Assembly (NCBI GenBank): GCA_027489245.1 | Contig: JAIYAC010000020.1 | Coordinates: 72,451 to 136,450 of the forward strand | Source: Neisseriaceae bacterium | GTDB lineage: Bacteria; Pseudomonadota; Gammaproteobacteria; Burkholderiales; Chromobacteriaceae | DNA length: 64,000 bases | Direction of reading: 5' to 3' | Shown: positions 42,496-51,479 of the stretch, in pieces | Position numbering within the stretch: position 1 is the stretch's first letter | Layout: each line of letters opens with the position of its first letter | Made by a program: the position numbers and the translations under genes | Notes under the pieces: generated by a model | Database searches by the model: none | The model's input: only the letters and a program-made list of their open reading frames with translations | Told to the model about the DNA's origin: nothing

Positions 42496-43239
42496 CTAGT
42501 GCGAAACGTAGAAGTCCCCGCCGTATACACAACCACTGTCAGTGCAGCCCAGCTTGCTGCCATCTGCCGCAGGCAATACCCGCGCTGCAGCCGCAACGTT
42601 GCCCGCGCTGACCAAGGCTGTACGATACGCTTTGAAGAAGCCTTCATCCAGTACCACTTCGGCAATGGTTTCGCTGCTGCCGTCGGCCTTGAACTCGGTA
42701 GACAGCAAGCGCACGCCACGCAGATAGGCGTCCACGTACACGCGGAAGGTATCGTTGACAGTCACCAGGTTACCCACCGAGCTGCTACCGGACAGCTTGA
42801 AGCCCTGTACTTGCTCGGCCACGGCACGATAGGCGTCCAGCTGCGAGGCGCGCATGGCCAGCAGGCGGCGCTGTACCGGCGACAGCTCTTTACTGGTAGG
42901 CGGCGCACCATAGCCCACAACACGAATGCGCAGGGCATTGAATGACTCCTGCTTGTGCTCTGCTGGCGGGTCGGCCAGCGGGCCGACATAGGCACCGCCC
43001 ATCATCACGCCGCCAGGCGACATCACCGGCTGGCGCGAAATACCGGGCTGCTCGTGGCTACCGCCCACCGCTGGGGCATGCGCCACCGCGCCATGCATAT
43101 CGGCGGCGGCCGGGGCGGCCGGCGCCACGGCAACGACAGACCAGCCCTCACCCGCAGTGTTGGCCGCAGGCGTGGAGGCGCAGGCCGACAGTACGGTCAT
43201 GGCCAGCAAGCCGGGAATCATTCGGGTGATATTCTTCAT
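42496..43239 (-). CDS. flgP: LPP20/FlgP-like lipoprotein
   Basis: Lipobox LSAC and VGYGA...RRLLAMRASQLDAYRAVAEQVQG; upstream of flgT. Confidence 0.75.
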   Translation of the reverse strand: MKNITRMIPGLLAMTVLSACASTPAANTAGEGWSVVAVAPAAPAAADMHGAVAHAPAVGGSHEQPGISRQPVMSPGGVMMGGAYVGPLADPPAEHKQESFNALRIRVVGYGAPPTSKELSPVQRRLLAMRASQLDAYRAVAEQVQGFKLSGSSSVGNLVTVNDTFRVYVDAYLRGVRLLSTEFKADGSSETIAEVVLDEGFFKAYRTALVSAGNVAAAARVLPAADGSKLGCTDSGCVYGGDFYVSH

Positions 43240-43285
43240 TATTTCGCTCCGCCGAGTATGCATATCATTTTATAGCCACATCGGC

Positions 43286-43312
43286 TTATCGGACATCAAA
43301 TAAAAATCTTGA
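43286..43312 (-). promoter_or_regulatory. sigma28 (FliA) promoter of flgP-flgT
   Basis: Minus strand TCAAG-14 bp-TCCGATAA. Confidence 0.65.
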
Positions 43313-43422
43313 GCCAGCTTACACTTTTAATTTAGAAAGCTGCCCTGACCTTGCGCAATCTACCGCGTGGTGGCCGCCGTGATAAACTGCCAACCGCCCG
43401 CACTTTAGGACTTTAGTTCACC

Positions 43423-43986
43423 ATGAAAAAACTGCTGTGCTCCCTGCTGATGCTGCTGCCGCTGTCGGCACTGGCCGCCCCTACCGTGGAACTGGCTACC
43501 AATAAAGGCCTGATTACCATCGAGCTGGACGCCGCGCGTGCGCCCAAGTCGGTAGACAACTTTGTTGCCTACGTGAAAGCCGGCCACTACAACGGCACCC
43601 TGTTCCACCGCGTGATCGACGGCTTCATGATCCAGGGTGGCGGCTTTGCCATCAAGGAAGGCGAACTGGCGCAAAAGCCCACGCGCGCGCCTATCGCCAA
43701 CGAGGCCGACAATGGCCTGAAAAACGTGATCGGCAGCATTGCCATGGCCCGCACCAATGACCCGAATTCTGCCACTTCGCAGTTTTTCATCAACCTGGTG
43801 AACAACGATTTTCTGGATTACCGCAGCAAAACCCCGCAAGGCTGGGGTTATGCCGTATTTGGCAAGGTAACGGCCGGCATGGATGTGGTAAACCGCATTT
43901 CCAAAGCCCGCACCGCCATGATAGGCGGCATGCAGGATGTGCCTATCGAGCCGGTTGTTATCACCAAAGCCACCTATAAACCCTGA
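43423..43986 (+). CDS. ppiA: Periplasmic cyclophilin
   Basis: Signal peptide, [14 protein letters not shown] and SATSQFFIN. Confidence 0.92.
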   Translation: MKKLLCSLLMLLPLSALAAPTVELATNKGLITIELDAARAPKSVDNFVAYVKAGHYNGTLFHRVIDGFMIQGGGFAIKEGELAQKPTRAPIANEADNGLKNVIGSIAMARTNDPNSATSQFFINLVNNDFLDYRSKTPQGWGYAVFGKVTAGMDVVNRISKARTAMIGGMQDVPIEPVVITKATYKP

Positions 43987-44003
43987 TAGCAAGGATAAAC
44001 AAC

Positions 44004-44501
44004 ATGATCAAGCTGACCACCAACCACGGTGACATCGTACTGGAACTGTTTGCCGACAAAGCCCCGAAAACGGCGGCCAACTTCGAGCAATACGTGATCG
44101 ACGGCCACTACGACGGCACCATCTTTCACCGCGTGATCAATGGCTTCATGATCCAGGGCGGCGGCTTTACTGCCGACATGCAGCAAAAAGACACCCGCGA
44201 CACCATCGAAAACGAAGCCAACAACGGCCTGTCCAACAAGACCTACACCATTGCCATGGCCCGCACGCCGGACCCGCACTCGGCCAGCGCACAGTTCTTC
44301 ATCAACGTGTCCGATAACGACTTCCTGGATTTCCGCAGCGAAACCATGCAAGGCTGGGGTTACTGCGTATTTGGCCAGGTCGTACAAGGCCAGGACGTGG
44401 TAGACCGCATCAAGACCGTGGCCACCGGCCGCAAAGGTGGCCATCAGGACGTACCGTCCGACGCCGTCATCATCGAAAAAGCCGAAATCATCCAGGGCTA
44501 A
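44004..44501 (+). CDS. ppiB: Cytoplasmic cyclophilin
   Basis: [14 protein letters not shown] and [11 protein letters not shown]; upstream of lpxH. Confidence 0.94.
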   Translation: MIKLTTNHGDIVLELFADKAPKTAANFEQYVIDGHYDGTIFHRVINGFMIQGGGFTADMQQKDTRDTIENEANNGLSNKTYTIAMARTPDPHSASAQFFINVSDNDFLDFRSETMQGWGYCVFGQVVQGQDVVDRIKTVATGRKGGHQDVPSDAVIIEKAEIIQG

Positions 44502-44549
44502 GCCGCCCTGCCCAGGCCGCCTCGTGCGGCCTTTTTTTGCACCCTGCAC

Positions 44550-45275
44550 ATGGCCATACACTTCATATCCGACCTGCACCTGCACCCGGGCGAGCCCTGG
44601 CTGGGGCAGCTGTTTACCCGCACGCTCGCCAGCTGGGCCGGGCAGATCGACGCCCTGTATATCCTGGGCGACCTGTTCGAGTACTGGGTAGGCGACGACG
44701 ACACCGACCCGTTTGTGCACGACATGCTGGCCGCCATGCAGGCGTTCAGCGCCCGCACGCCGCTGTACGTGATGCGCGGCAACCGCGACTTTCTGCTGGG
44801 GCCGGGCTTTGCCGCCGCCAGCGGTGCCACCCTGCTGGACGAACCCCACCTGCTGCAAGCCTGCGGCCAACCCTATGTGCTGGTACACGGCGACGGCCAG
44901 TGCACCGACGACGCAGCCTACCAGCAGTTTCGCGCCATGGTGCGCCAGCCAGCCTGGCAGGCAGCCTTCCTGCAAAAACCGCTGACCGAACGCCACGCCA
45001 TCGCCCAGCAGATACGCGGCATGAGCCAGGCCAAGAAGCAGGATGAAGGCCTGAACGAGATGGGCGATGTCACCCCCGCCGCCATTGATGCGCTGTTGGC
45101 CGCCCACCCCGGCGCCACGCTGATTCACGGCCACACCCACCGCCCGGCCTGCCATACACAGCAACTAAACGGCGAAACCCGCCAGCGCTGGGTCATTGCC
45201 GACTGGTACGCCGGCCGCGGTGGCTACCTGCGCCTGGACGAACACGGCCTCAGCGCCCACCCGCTGTCACTGTAA
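44550..45275 (+). CDS. lpxH: UDP-2,3-diacylglucosamine hydrolase
   Basis: ISDLHL, LGDLFE.WVGDD, GNRDFL, HGD..CTDD and IHGHTHRP. Confidence 0.95.
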   Translation: MAIHFISDLHLHPGEPWLGQLFTRTLASWAGQIDALYILGDLFEYWVGDDDTDPFVHDMLAAMQAFSARTPLYVMRGNRDFLLGPGFAAASGATLLDEPHLLQACGQPYVLVHGDGQCTDDAAYQQFRAMVRQPAWQAAFLQKPLTERHAIAQQIRGMSQAKKQDEGLNEMGDVTPAAIDALLAAHPGATLIHGHTHRPACHTQQLNGETRQRWVIADWYAGRGGYLRLDEHGLSAHPLSL

Positions 45276-45280
45276 ACCAC

Positions 45281-45303
45281 GTTGGCCGCACGCTGCGGCC
45301 AAC
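45281..45303. repeat. Inverted pair of the GTTGGCCGCA repeat
   Basis: GTTGGCCGCA-cgc-TGCGGCCAAC, 5 nt after the lpxH stop. Confidence 0.9.
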
Positions 45304-45361
45304 CCATGTCCCACTACACCCACTCTGCCAGACACCCGCCAACACACCTGCAAACGGCCAT

Positions 45362-45403
45362 AAGGGTTACCCCGCAAGGGTTTTCCCGCAAGGGGCAGCC
45401 CCA
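45362..45403. promoter_or_regulatory. Three tandem 14-bp units upstream of the lactate permease
   Basis: AAGGGTTACCCCGC / AAGGGTTTTCCCGC / AAGGGGCAGCCCCA. Confidence 0.45.
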
Positions 45404-45514
45404 ACTGACACACGATTTGCCTGCCGCTACAGTGCGCGCCAGAAGCGGTAAAACCGGACGAACCCCAGGGTTTATTGCCGGTGGCCGCGGCCCGACACAA
45501 CAAGGAGAGCAATC

Positions 45515-47182
45515 ATGTGGTCACACGTTTATGACCCGCTAGGCAACCCGTGGCTGTCCACGCTGGCTGCCAGCATCCCGGTAATCGTCCTCTTGGGCGC
45601 ACTGGGCATTTTCCATATCAAAGCGCACATTGCCGCCCTGCTGGGCCTGGCGACCTCGCTGCTGGTTGCCGTGGCCGTATTCGGCATGCCTGGCGACATG
45701 GCGATGAGCGCCACCCTGCTGGGTGCGGCCAACGGCCTGATGCCGATTGGCTGGATCATCCTGAACGTGATCTTCCTGTACCAGCTTACCGAGCGCAAAG
45801 GCCAGTTTGCCGTGCTGCGCGAATCCATTTCCGGCATCACCACCGACCGCCGCCTGCAGCTGTTGCTGATTGCCTTCTGCTTTGGCGCGTTCTTTGAAGG
45901 TGCCGGCGGCTTTGGCACCCCGGTAGCGGTGACTGGCGCCATGCTGATCGGTCTGGGCTTCTCGCCGCTGGCCGCGTCCGGCCTGTCGCTGATCGCCAAC
46001 ACCGCCCCGGTAGCCTACGGCGCGCTGGGTACCCCGATTACCACCCTGGCCAAGGTAACCGGCCTGGACGTGCTGCAGATTTCGTCCATGGTTGGCCGCC
46101 AGATGACCATCTTCGCCATCATCGTGCCGTTCTGGCTGCTGATTGCCTTCTGCGGCTGGCGCAATACCCTGCGCATCTGGCCGGCCGTACTGGTAGCTGG
46201 CCTGTCGTTTGCCATTCCGCAGCTGATCGTGTCCAACACCATGGGCCCGGAGCTGGTCGCCGTTATCGCCTCGGTGTGCTCTATCGCCGCGCTGGTAGGC
46301 TTCCTGAAGGTATGGAAACCGGCCGAGATCTACACCTCCACCGCCGGCACCATGGGTGGCGAAGCCGCGCTGGGCGCCAAAGAAGTGGTATCCAGCAGCA
46401 AGCATGGCTACAGCCGTGGCGAAGTGATTCGCGCCTGGCTGCCTTGGCTGATCCTGTCGGTCTGCGTGTTTGCCTTCGGCTCGCCGGCCATCAAGAAAAT
46501 CCTGGACGGTATTTTCACGCTGGAAATCCAGTGGCCAGGCCTGCATAACCTGATCTACAAGATGCCACCCGTGGTTGCCGAGCCGCACCTGGAAGCCGCC
46601 ATCTACAAGTTCAACCTGCTGTCCACCACCGGTACCGGCATTCTGGTCGCCGGCCTGATTTCCGCCTTCATCATGGGCTACCGCCCGTCCGAGATGGTAA
46701 AAGTGTACAAAGAGACCTTCTGGTCGCTGCGCTACTCGCTGATTACCATCGTCGCCATGCTGGCGCTGGGCTATGTCACCCGCTTCTCCGGTGTGGACAT
46801 CACCCTGGGCCTGGCCTTCTCGCATACCGGCGTGTTCTACCCCTTCTTCGGCACTCTGCTGGGCTGGCTGGGCGTGGCGCTGACCGGCTCCGACACTGCG
46901 GCCAACGTGCTGTTTGGCGGCCTGCAAAAAGCGTCGGCACAGCAGCTGGGCCTGTCGCCCGTGCTGATGACGGCGGCCAACTCGTCCGGTGGCGTGATGG
47001 GTAAGATGATTGATGCCCAGTCCATCGTGGTAGCGTCCACCGCTACCCAGTACTACGGCAAGGAAGGCGTGATCCTGCGCTACGTGTTCTTCCACTCGCT
47101 GGCGCTGGCCTGCCTGGTGGGCCTGGTGGTGTCGGCCATGGCCTACCTGCCACCGTTCACCGCGCTGGTGATCCACCCGTAA
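45515..47182 (+). CDS. Lactate/glycolate permease (LctP family)
   Basis: FFEGAGGFGTP, ANTAPVAYGALG, LTGSDT..N.LFG and GGVMGKMI..QSI. Confidence 0.93.
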   Translation: MWSHVYDPLGNPWLSTLAASIPVIVLLGALGIFHIKAHIAALLGLATSLLVAVAVFGMPGDMAMSATLLGAANGLMPIGWIILNVIFLYQLTERKGQFAVLRESISGITTDRRLQLLLIAFCFGAFFEGAGGFGTPVAVTGAMLIGLGFSPLAASGLSLIANTAPVAYGALGTPITTLAKVTGLDVLQISSMVGRQMTIFAIIVPFWLLIAFCGWRNTLRIWPAVLVAGLSFAIPQLIVSNTMGPELVAVIASVCSIAALVGFLKVWKPAEIYTSTAGTMGGEAALGAKEVVSSSKHGYSRGEVIRAWLPWLILSVCVFAFGSPAIKKILDGIFTLEIQWPGLHNLIYKMPPVVAEPHLEAAIYKFNLLSTTGTGILVAGLISAFIMGYRPSEMVKVYKETFWSLRYSLITIVAMLALGYVTRFSGVDITLGLAFSHTGVFYPFFGTLLGWLGVALTGSDTAANVLFGGLQKASAQQLGLSPVLMTAANSSGGVMGKMIDAQSIVVASTATQYYGKEGVILRYVFFHSLALACLVGLVVSAMAYLPPFTALVIHP

Positions 47183-47403
47183 GCATGTACTAACAAATAG
47201 TACGCGCCCCAACCCCGGCCCCGGCCGGGGTTTTGTCATTTGGCCGGCAAAAACAGTATCAGTAATAAGCTAAATCTAAACAGTTGCCGTGTAATTTAAA
47301 TGGTAAATAATCAAATAGGCTAATCTGCTTCAAATTTTCCGATTTTCGTTCGATACTTATCCAGCTTGTTAAGCTTCATTACAAAATCACAAGGGGGGCA
47401 CAC

Positions 47404-47868
47404 ATGTCCGTACTGAAAGAATTCCGCGAATTTGCCATGCGCGGCAACGTGATCGACCTGGCGGTGGGTGTGGTGATCGGCGGTGCCTTCGGCGCCATCG
47501 TCAAATCGCTGGTAGACGACGTGATCATGCCGCCCATCGGCCTGCTGATCGGCAATGTCGACTTTGCCAATATGTTCATCGTACTGAAAGAAGGCGCGAA
47601 GGCAGCCGCCCCGTACGCCTCGGTTGCCGCTGCCAAGGAAGCTGGCGCGGTTACCATGAACATCGGTCTGTTCATCAATGCGCTGGTCAGCTTCACCATC
47701 GTGGCCTTCGCCATCTTCATGCTGGTAAAAGTCATCAACCGCCTGAAGCGCGAAGAAAAAGTGGAAGAAGTTGCCGGCGAACCGACCACCAAAGAATGCC
47801 GCTACTGCTTGTCCAGCATCCCGGTGAAAGCCACGCGCTGCCCGTGCTGCACCTCGCAGCTGGACTAA
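47404..47868 (+). CDS. mscL: Large-conductance mechanosensitive channel with C-terminal CxxC-x10-CxxC
   Basis: [33 protein letters not shown]. Confidence 0.95.
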   Translation: MSVLKEFREFAMRGNVIDLAVGVVIGGAFGAIVKSLVDDVIMPPIGLLIGNVDFANMFIVLKEGAKAAAPYASVAAAKEAGAVTMNIGLFINALVSFTIVAFAIFMLVKVINRLKREEKVEEVAGEPTTKECRYCLSSIPVKATRCPCCTSQLD

Positions 47869-47958
47869 GCTGCCGCTACCAGCCAGACACAAGGCCGCCC
47901 ACGGGCGGCCTTGTGCTTTGCAGTGCTGCCAGGCACCGTAAACATGGCAGGCAGCACG

Positions 47959-48894
47959 CTAGCCGATAGCGCGCACCTGCGGCCACAAGCGCTGGCATAG
48001 CGCATCCACCGCGCTGCGTAGCGGCACGGCCGCCCCGGCCACCCCACACGCCGCGCTACCACTGGCCACCGCCGCAGCCAGATGCTGCCCCGGCGTGGCC
48101 TGCGGTGTCTGCCACAGGCTGGCCAGCAGGCCGGCCATGCTGGCGTCGCCAGCCCCCACCGTATCCACCACCGCCACCGGCGGCGGCGCCAGCTGCCAAC
48201 GCTCGGCGCCGGCCCACAGCTGCGCCCCTGCCGCACCGCAGGTGTACAGGATGAGCGCCTGCGGGTTCCATTGCTGCAGCGTGGCCAATGCGGCGGCCTG
48301 GTCGTGGTGGCGAAACAGCCCGGCCAAGTCTTCGTCCGACACCTTCACCACGTCGGCCAGCGCCACCATCTGGCGCAGCATATCGTCGTAACGGGCGTCC
48401 ATCGCCACGCGAAAATTCGGGTCGTAGGCAAGGCGTACCCCGGCGGCCTTCAGCTGCCGCGCCTGCGCCAGCAAATGCCCCGCCAGCGGCGGGCGGGCCA
48501 GGCTGATACCGCCAAACAAGGCCCAGCGCGCTGCCTGCGGCCAACCTGGCGGCAAGTTGGCCGCGTCAAAATGCAGGTCGGCGCTGTGATCGCCCACAAA
48601 GAAATACTGCGGCGGCTGCGTGCTGTACACCATGGCCAGCAAAGGCGAGGCGTCCACGGGCTGCATATAGCGCGGGTCCAGCCCTGCCTCAGCACTGGCT
48701 ACCCGCAACGCCTCGCCAAAACAATCACGGCTGATGGCCCCGGCAAACGCTGCCGGCAGCCCCCAGCCCGCCAGGATACGCGCCACATTCCATGGCGCAC
48801 CGCCGGGGCGCGACAACCAGCGGCCGTCGGGCTGGATGATCATGTCGGTCAATGCCTCGCCAAAACAGAGCAAGGCCGCTAAGGGCTGTGTCAT
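47959..48894 (-). CDS. PfkB family carbohydrate kinase (fructokinase-like)
   Basis: FGEALTD, GGAPWNVA, YDPNFR and VVDTVGAGDA. Confidence 0.88.
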   Translation of the reverse strand: MTQPLAALLCFGEALTDMIIQPDGRWLSRPGGAPWNVARILAGWGLPAAFAGAISRDCFGEALRVASAEAGLDPRYMQPVDASPLLAMVYSTQPPQYFFVGDHSADLHFDAANLPPGWPQAARWALFGGISLARPPLAGHLLAQARQLKAAGVRLAYDPNFRVAMDARYDDMLRQMVALADVVKVSDEDLAGLFRHHDQAAALATLQQWNPQALILYTCGAAGAQLWAGAERWQLAPPPVAVVDTVGAGDASMAGLLASLWQTPQATPGQHLAAAVASGSAACGVAGAAVPLRSAVDALCQRLWPQVRAIG

Positions 48895-48908
48895 TGCATC
48901 TCCTGCAT

Positions 48909-48935
48909 GAAAAAAACCTGCCGCAGCGCGGCAGG
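48909..48935 (-). terminator. Terminator between porin and kinase
   Basis: Minus strand CCTGCCGCG-c-TGCGGCAGG followed by TTTTTTT. Confidence 0.6.
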
Positions 48936-49146
48936 CCAGGCTGCTGATAGCGTACTGATCCACGTCTTGCCGGACCCGGCAAAGCCGGGCCGCGTCACGT
49001 CTGCACTTGAATCCGCAGCCTTCCTGTTTACAGGACAAAGCCTGTTTGCAACGCAAACAGGCTTTGTCTTCAATCTCGCCTGACGCAGCGCGGCAGGCTA
49101 GGACCTCATCCGGAACGGGCAGCCCATGCTGCCATGCACCGCGGCA

Positions 49147-50112
49147 TCAGAAGCCGATGTGCACCCCGCCAAACAGATAATTGTCACGCTTGCCGTTGTT
49201 CTTCTTGTCCGACTTGTACTCGGCAAACAAGCTGGTCTGGAAGCGGCTGTCCTTGCCGGACAGATCGTAGTCGGCCCCCAGCAGGCTCACCTTGTGTTTA
49301 CCGCCGCTCACATAGCCATAGTCTTTGGTATTGATGTAGCCGGCACGCACGCCCACGCGCTGCGGTTTGTACTCGGCGTACACCCCCACACTCTTCTGCG
49401 TAGGGCCGCTCGCATTCTTGGAATTATTCAGCTCTGTGGCCAGCGTCAGACCGGCAGCCGGCATGAGCTTGAACGCCAGCAGGGTGTCTTTCAGCGTGCC
49501 ACCGGCAGCCACTTTTTGCTGGCCAAAGGACAAACGGGCGCCGAACATGCCCTGCTCGTAAGTACCGCTGGCCGCCCAGGCATCGGTAGCACGCGGCTGG
49601 GTGGTGGTTTTATCTTCACCTGGCGAGTAGCTGAACGACAGCGCCAGGGCATCCAGCTTGGGTGCTTCGTACTTGAAGGCACCACGCGCATTACCACCGC
49701 CGCTGGCGATGTCGCCGCGGTCCGGGCCCACGTCGTAGGCGTACAGGTTGGCTTTGAAGTAGCCATCACCGTAGGCATTGATGCCACGGCCCAGTTTCAC
49801 GGTACCAAACTCGCCTTGCAAGCCGACAAAGGTATCGCCATTGGCAAAATGGTCGGTGCCTTTATTATTATCCAGCTTGATATCGGTATTCACTTGCAGC
49901 AGCGCTTTCAGGCCATTGCCGATATCAGCGCTACCCACCACATTCAATTCGGAACCGCCGTCTTCTACGGCACGGTTACTGATACCGTTTTCTTTTTTGG
50001 ATGCCATGCCGACTTCCACTTTGCCGGTAAACTTGATATCGCCATCCAGGGCAAAAGCGTGGCCAGCCATCAGTGTGCCAGTAACCAGCAGGGCAATGTG
50101 TTTTTTATTCAT
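49147..50112 (-). CDS. Gram-negative trimeric porin
   Basis: Signal peptide, DIGNGLKA, FVGLQGEFGTVKLGR, amphipathic strands and a terminal Phe. Confidence 0.88.
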   Translation of the reverse strand: MNKKHIALLVTGTLMAGHAFALDGDIKFTGKVEVGMASKKENGISNRAVEDGGSELNVVGSADIGNGLKALLQVNTDIKLDNNKGTDHFANGDTFVGLQGEFGTVKLGRGINAYGDGYFKANLYAYDVGPDRGDIASGGGNARGAFKYEAPKLDALALSFSYSPGEDKTTTQPRATDAWAASGTYEQGMFGARLSFGQQKVAAGGTLKDTLLAFKLMPAAGLTLATELNNSKNASGPTQKSVGVYAEYKPQRVGVRAGYINTKDYGYVSGGKHKVSLLGADYDLSGKDSRFQTSLFAEYKSDKKNNGKRDNYLFGGVHIGF

Positions 50113-50292
50113 GCTTGTCTCCGTTTGTGTTTATTTTCCAGCGCGTGCCGGTAAGGATGATTAAAAACGCCCACACGCATGTAGCCAACACATTACAAAA
50201 CAAACCCCGCCATTTTTTTAAAATCACTTGGTTACCCGCAACAAAACATTATTCACAAATAAAACACGCCATTCACAATTGAAATACAGCAC

Positions 50293-50323
50293 AAAAAATA
50301 AAGGCACCGCAAGGTGCCTTTAT
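50293..50323 (-). terminator. Terminator after the sugar ABC ATPase
   Basis: ATAAAGGCACC-gcaa-GGTGCCTTTAT with an adjacent A tract. Confidence 0.75.
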
Positions 50324-50355
50324 GGGCAAAGCAGAAAACCAGCCCGCCTGCTGCC

Positions 50356-51477
50356 TCAGGCCGCGGCCAGATTGGCGGCCAACCTGGGCAAGGCTTCGTC
50401 TGCTGCGTCAAACACATGCAGGCTGGCCGCCGGCAACGCAAAGCGCAGGCTATCGCCGATAGCGGCGCGGCTACCGGCCAGCTTTACCACCAGCGGTGCG
50501 GGCGACAGGCCGGTTTCCAGGTAGGCATAGCTATGCTCGCCCAAGTGCTCCAGATGGGTAATACGGCCCAGCAGGCTGCCCTCGCCTACCTGCACGTGCT
50601 CGGGGCGAATGCCCACCGTCACCGCTGTGCCGGCCTGTTGGCCGCTGGCATTCACCGCGGCCTGCAGCGTGGCGGTACCGGCCAGGCACTGCAAGCCGCT
50701 GCTGCTGGCCTGGCTGACCTCGGCCGGGAAAAAGTTCATGCCTGGCGAGCCGATAAAGCTGGCCACAAAACGGTTTTTCGGGTGGTGGTACAAATCCAGC
50801 GGGTGGCCCACCTGCGCGATGCTGGGCACGCCTTCCTGCCCGGCCAGCGGCTTGAGCAGCACGATCTTGTCGGCCAGCGTCATGGCCTCTACCTGGTCGT
50901 GCGTCACGTACACCATGCTGGCGCTGCCAAGCTGGCGGTGCAGGCGGGCAATCTCCACCCGCGTCTTCACCCGTAGCGAGGCGTCCAGGTTGGACAGCGG
51001 CTCGTCAAACAGAAACACCTTGGGCTGGCGCACAATGGCGCGGCCAATGGCCACGCGCTGACGTTGGCCGCCGGACAGCGCGCCCGGCTTGCGGTCCAGC
51101 AGCGCGGTAAGGTGCAGCGATTCGGCCGCGCTACGTACGCGGCGCTCGATCTCGTCCTTGCCCAGTTTCAGGTGGCGCAGGCCAAAGGCCATGTTGTCGT
51201 ACACCGTCATGTGCGGGTACAGCGCGTAGCTCTGGAACACCATGGCCACGTCGCGCTGTGCTGGTGGCACGTCGTTCACGCAGCGGCCATCAATATGCAG
51301 CTCGCCGCCGCTGGCGTCGTCCAGGCCGGCAATCAGGCGCAGCAAGGTGGACTTGCCGCAGCCGGACGGACCGATGAATACGCAGAACTCGCCCGGCGCA
51401 ATGGTGAGGTTGATGTCGGCCAGGATGGGGTTGCCACCAAAGCGTTTATGGATGCCCTGCAAACGGATTTCGCTCAT
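50356..51477 (-). CDS. Sugar ABC transporter ATPase (MalK family)
   Basis: GPSGCGKS, FQSYALYPH, LSGGQRQR and YVTHDQVEAMTL. Confidence 0.93.
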   Translation of the reverse strand: MSEIRLQGIHKRFGGNPILADINLTIAPGEFCVFIGPSGCGKSTLLRLIAGLDDASGGELHIDGRCVNDVPPAQRDVAMVFQSYALYPHMTVYDNMAFGLRHLKLGKDEIERRVRSAAESLHLTALLDRKPGALSGGQRQRVAIGRAIVRQPKVFLFDEPLSNLDASLRVKTRVEIARLHRQLGSASMVYVTHDQVEAMTLADKIVLLKPLAGQEGVPSIAQVGHPLDLYHHPKNRFVASFIGSPGMNFFPAEVSQASSSGLQCLAGTATLQAAVNASGQQAGTAVTVGIRPEHVQVGEGSLLGRITHLEHLGEHSYAYLETGLSPAPLVVKLAGSRAAIGDSLRFALPAASLHVFDAADEALPRLAANLAAA

Positions 51478-51479
51478 GA

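Noticed and set aside
48907-49083. 58-codon + strand ORF in the porin-kinase spacer
   Set aside because: It has no clear RBS or motif, runs antisense to the operon, and overlaps terminator hairpins.
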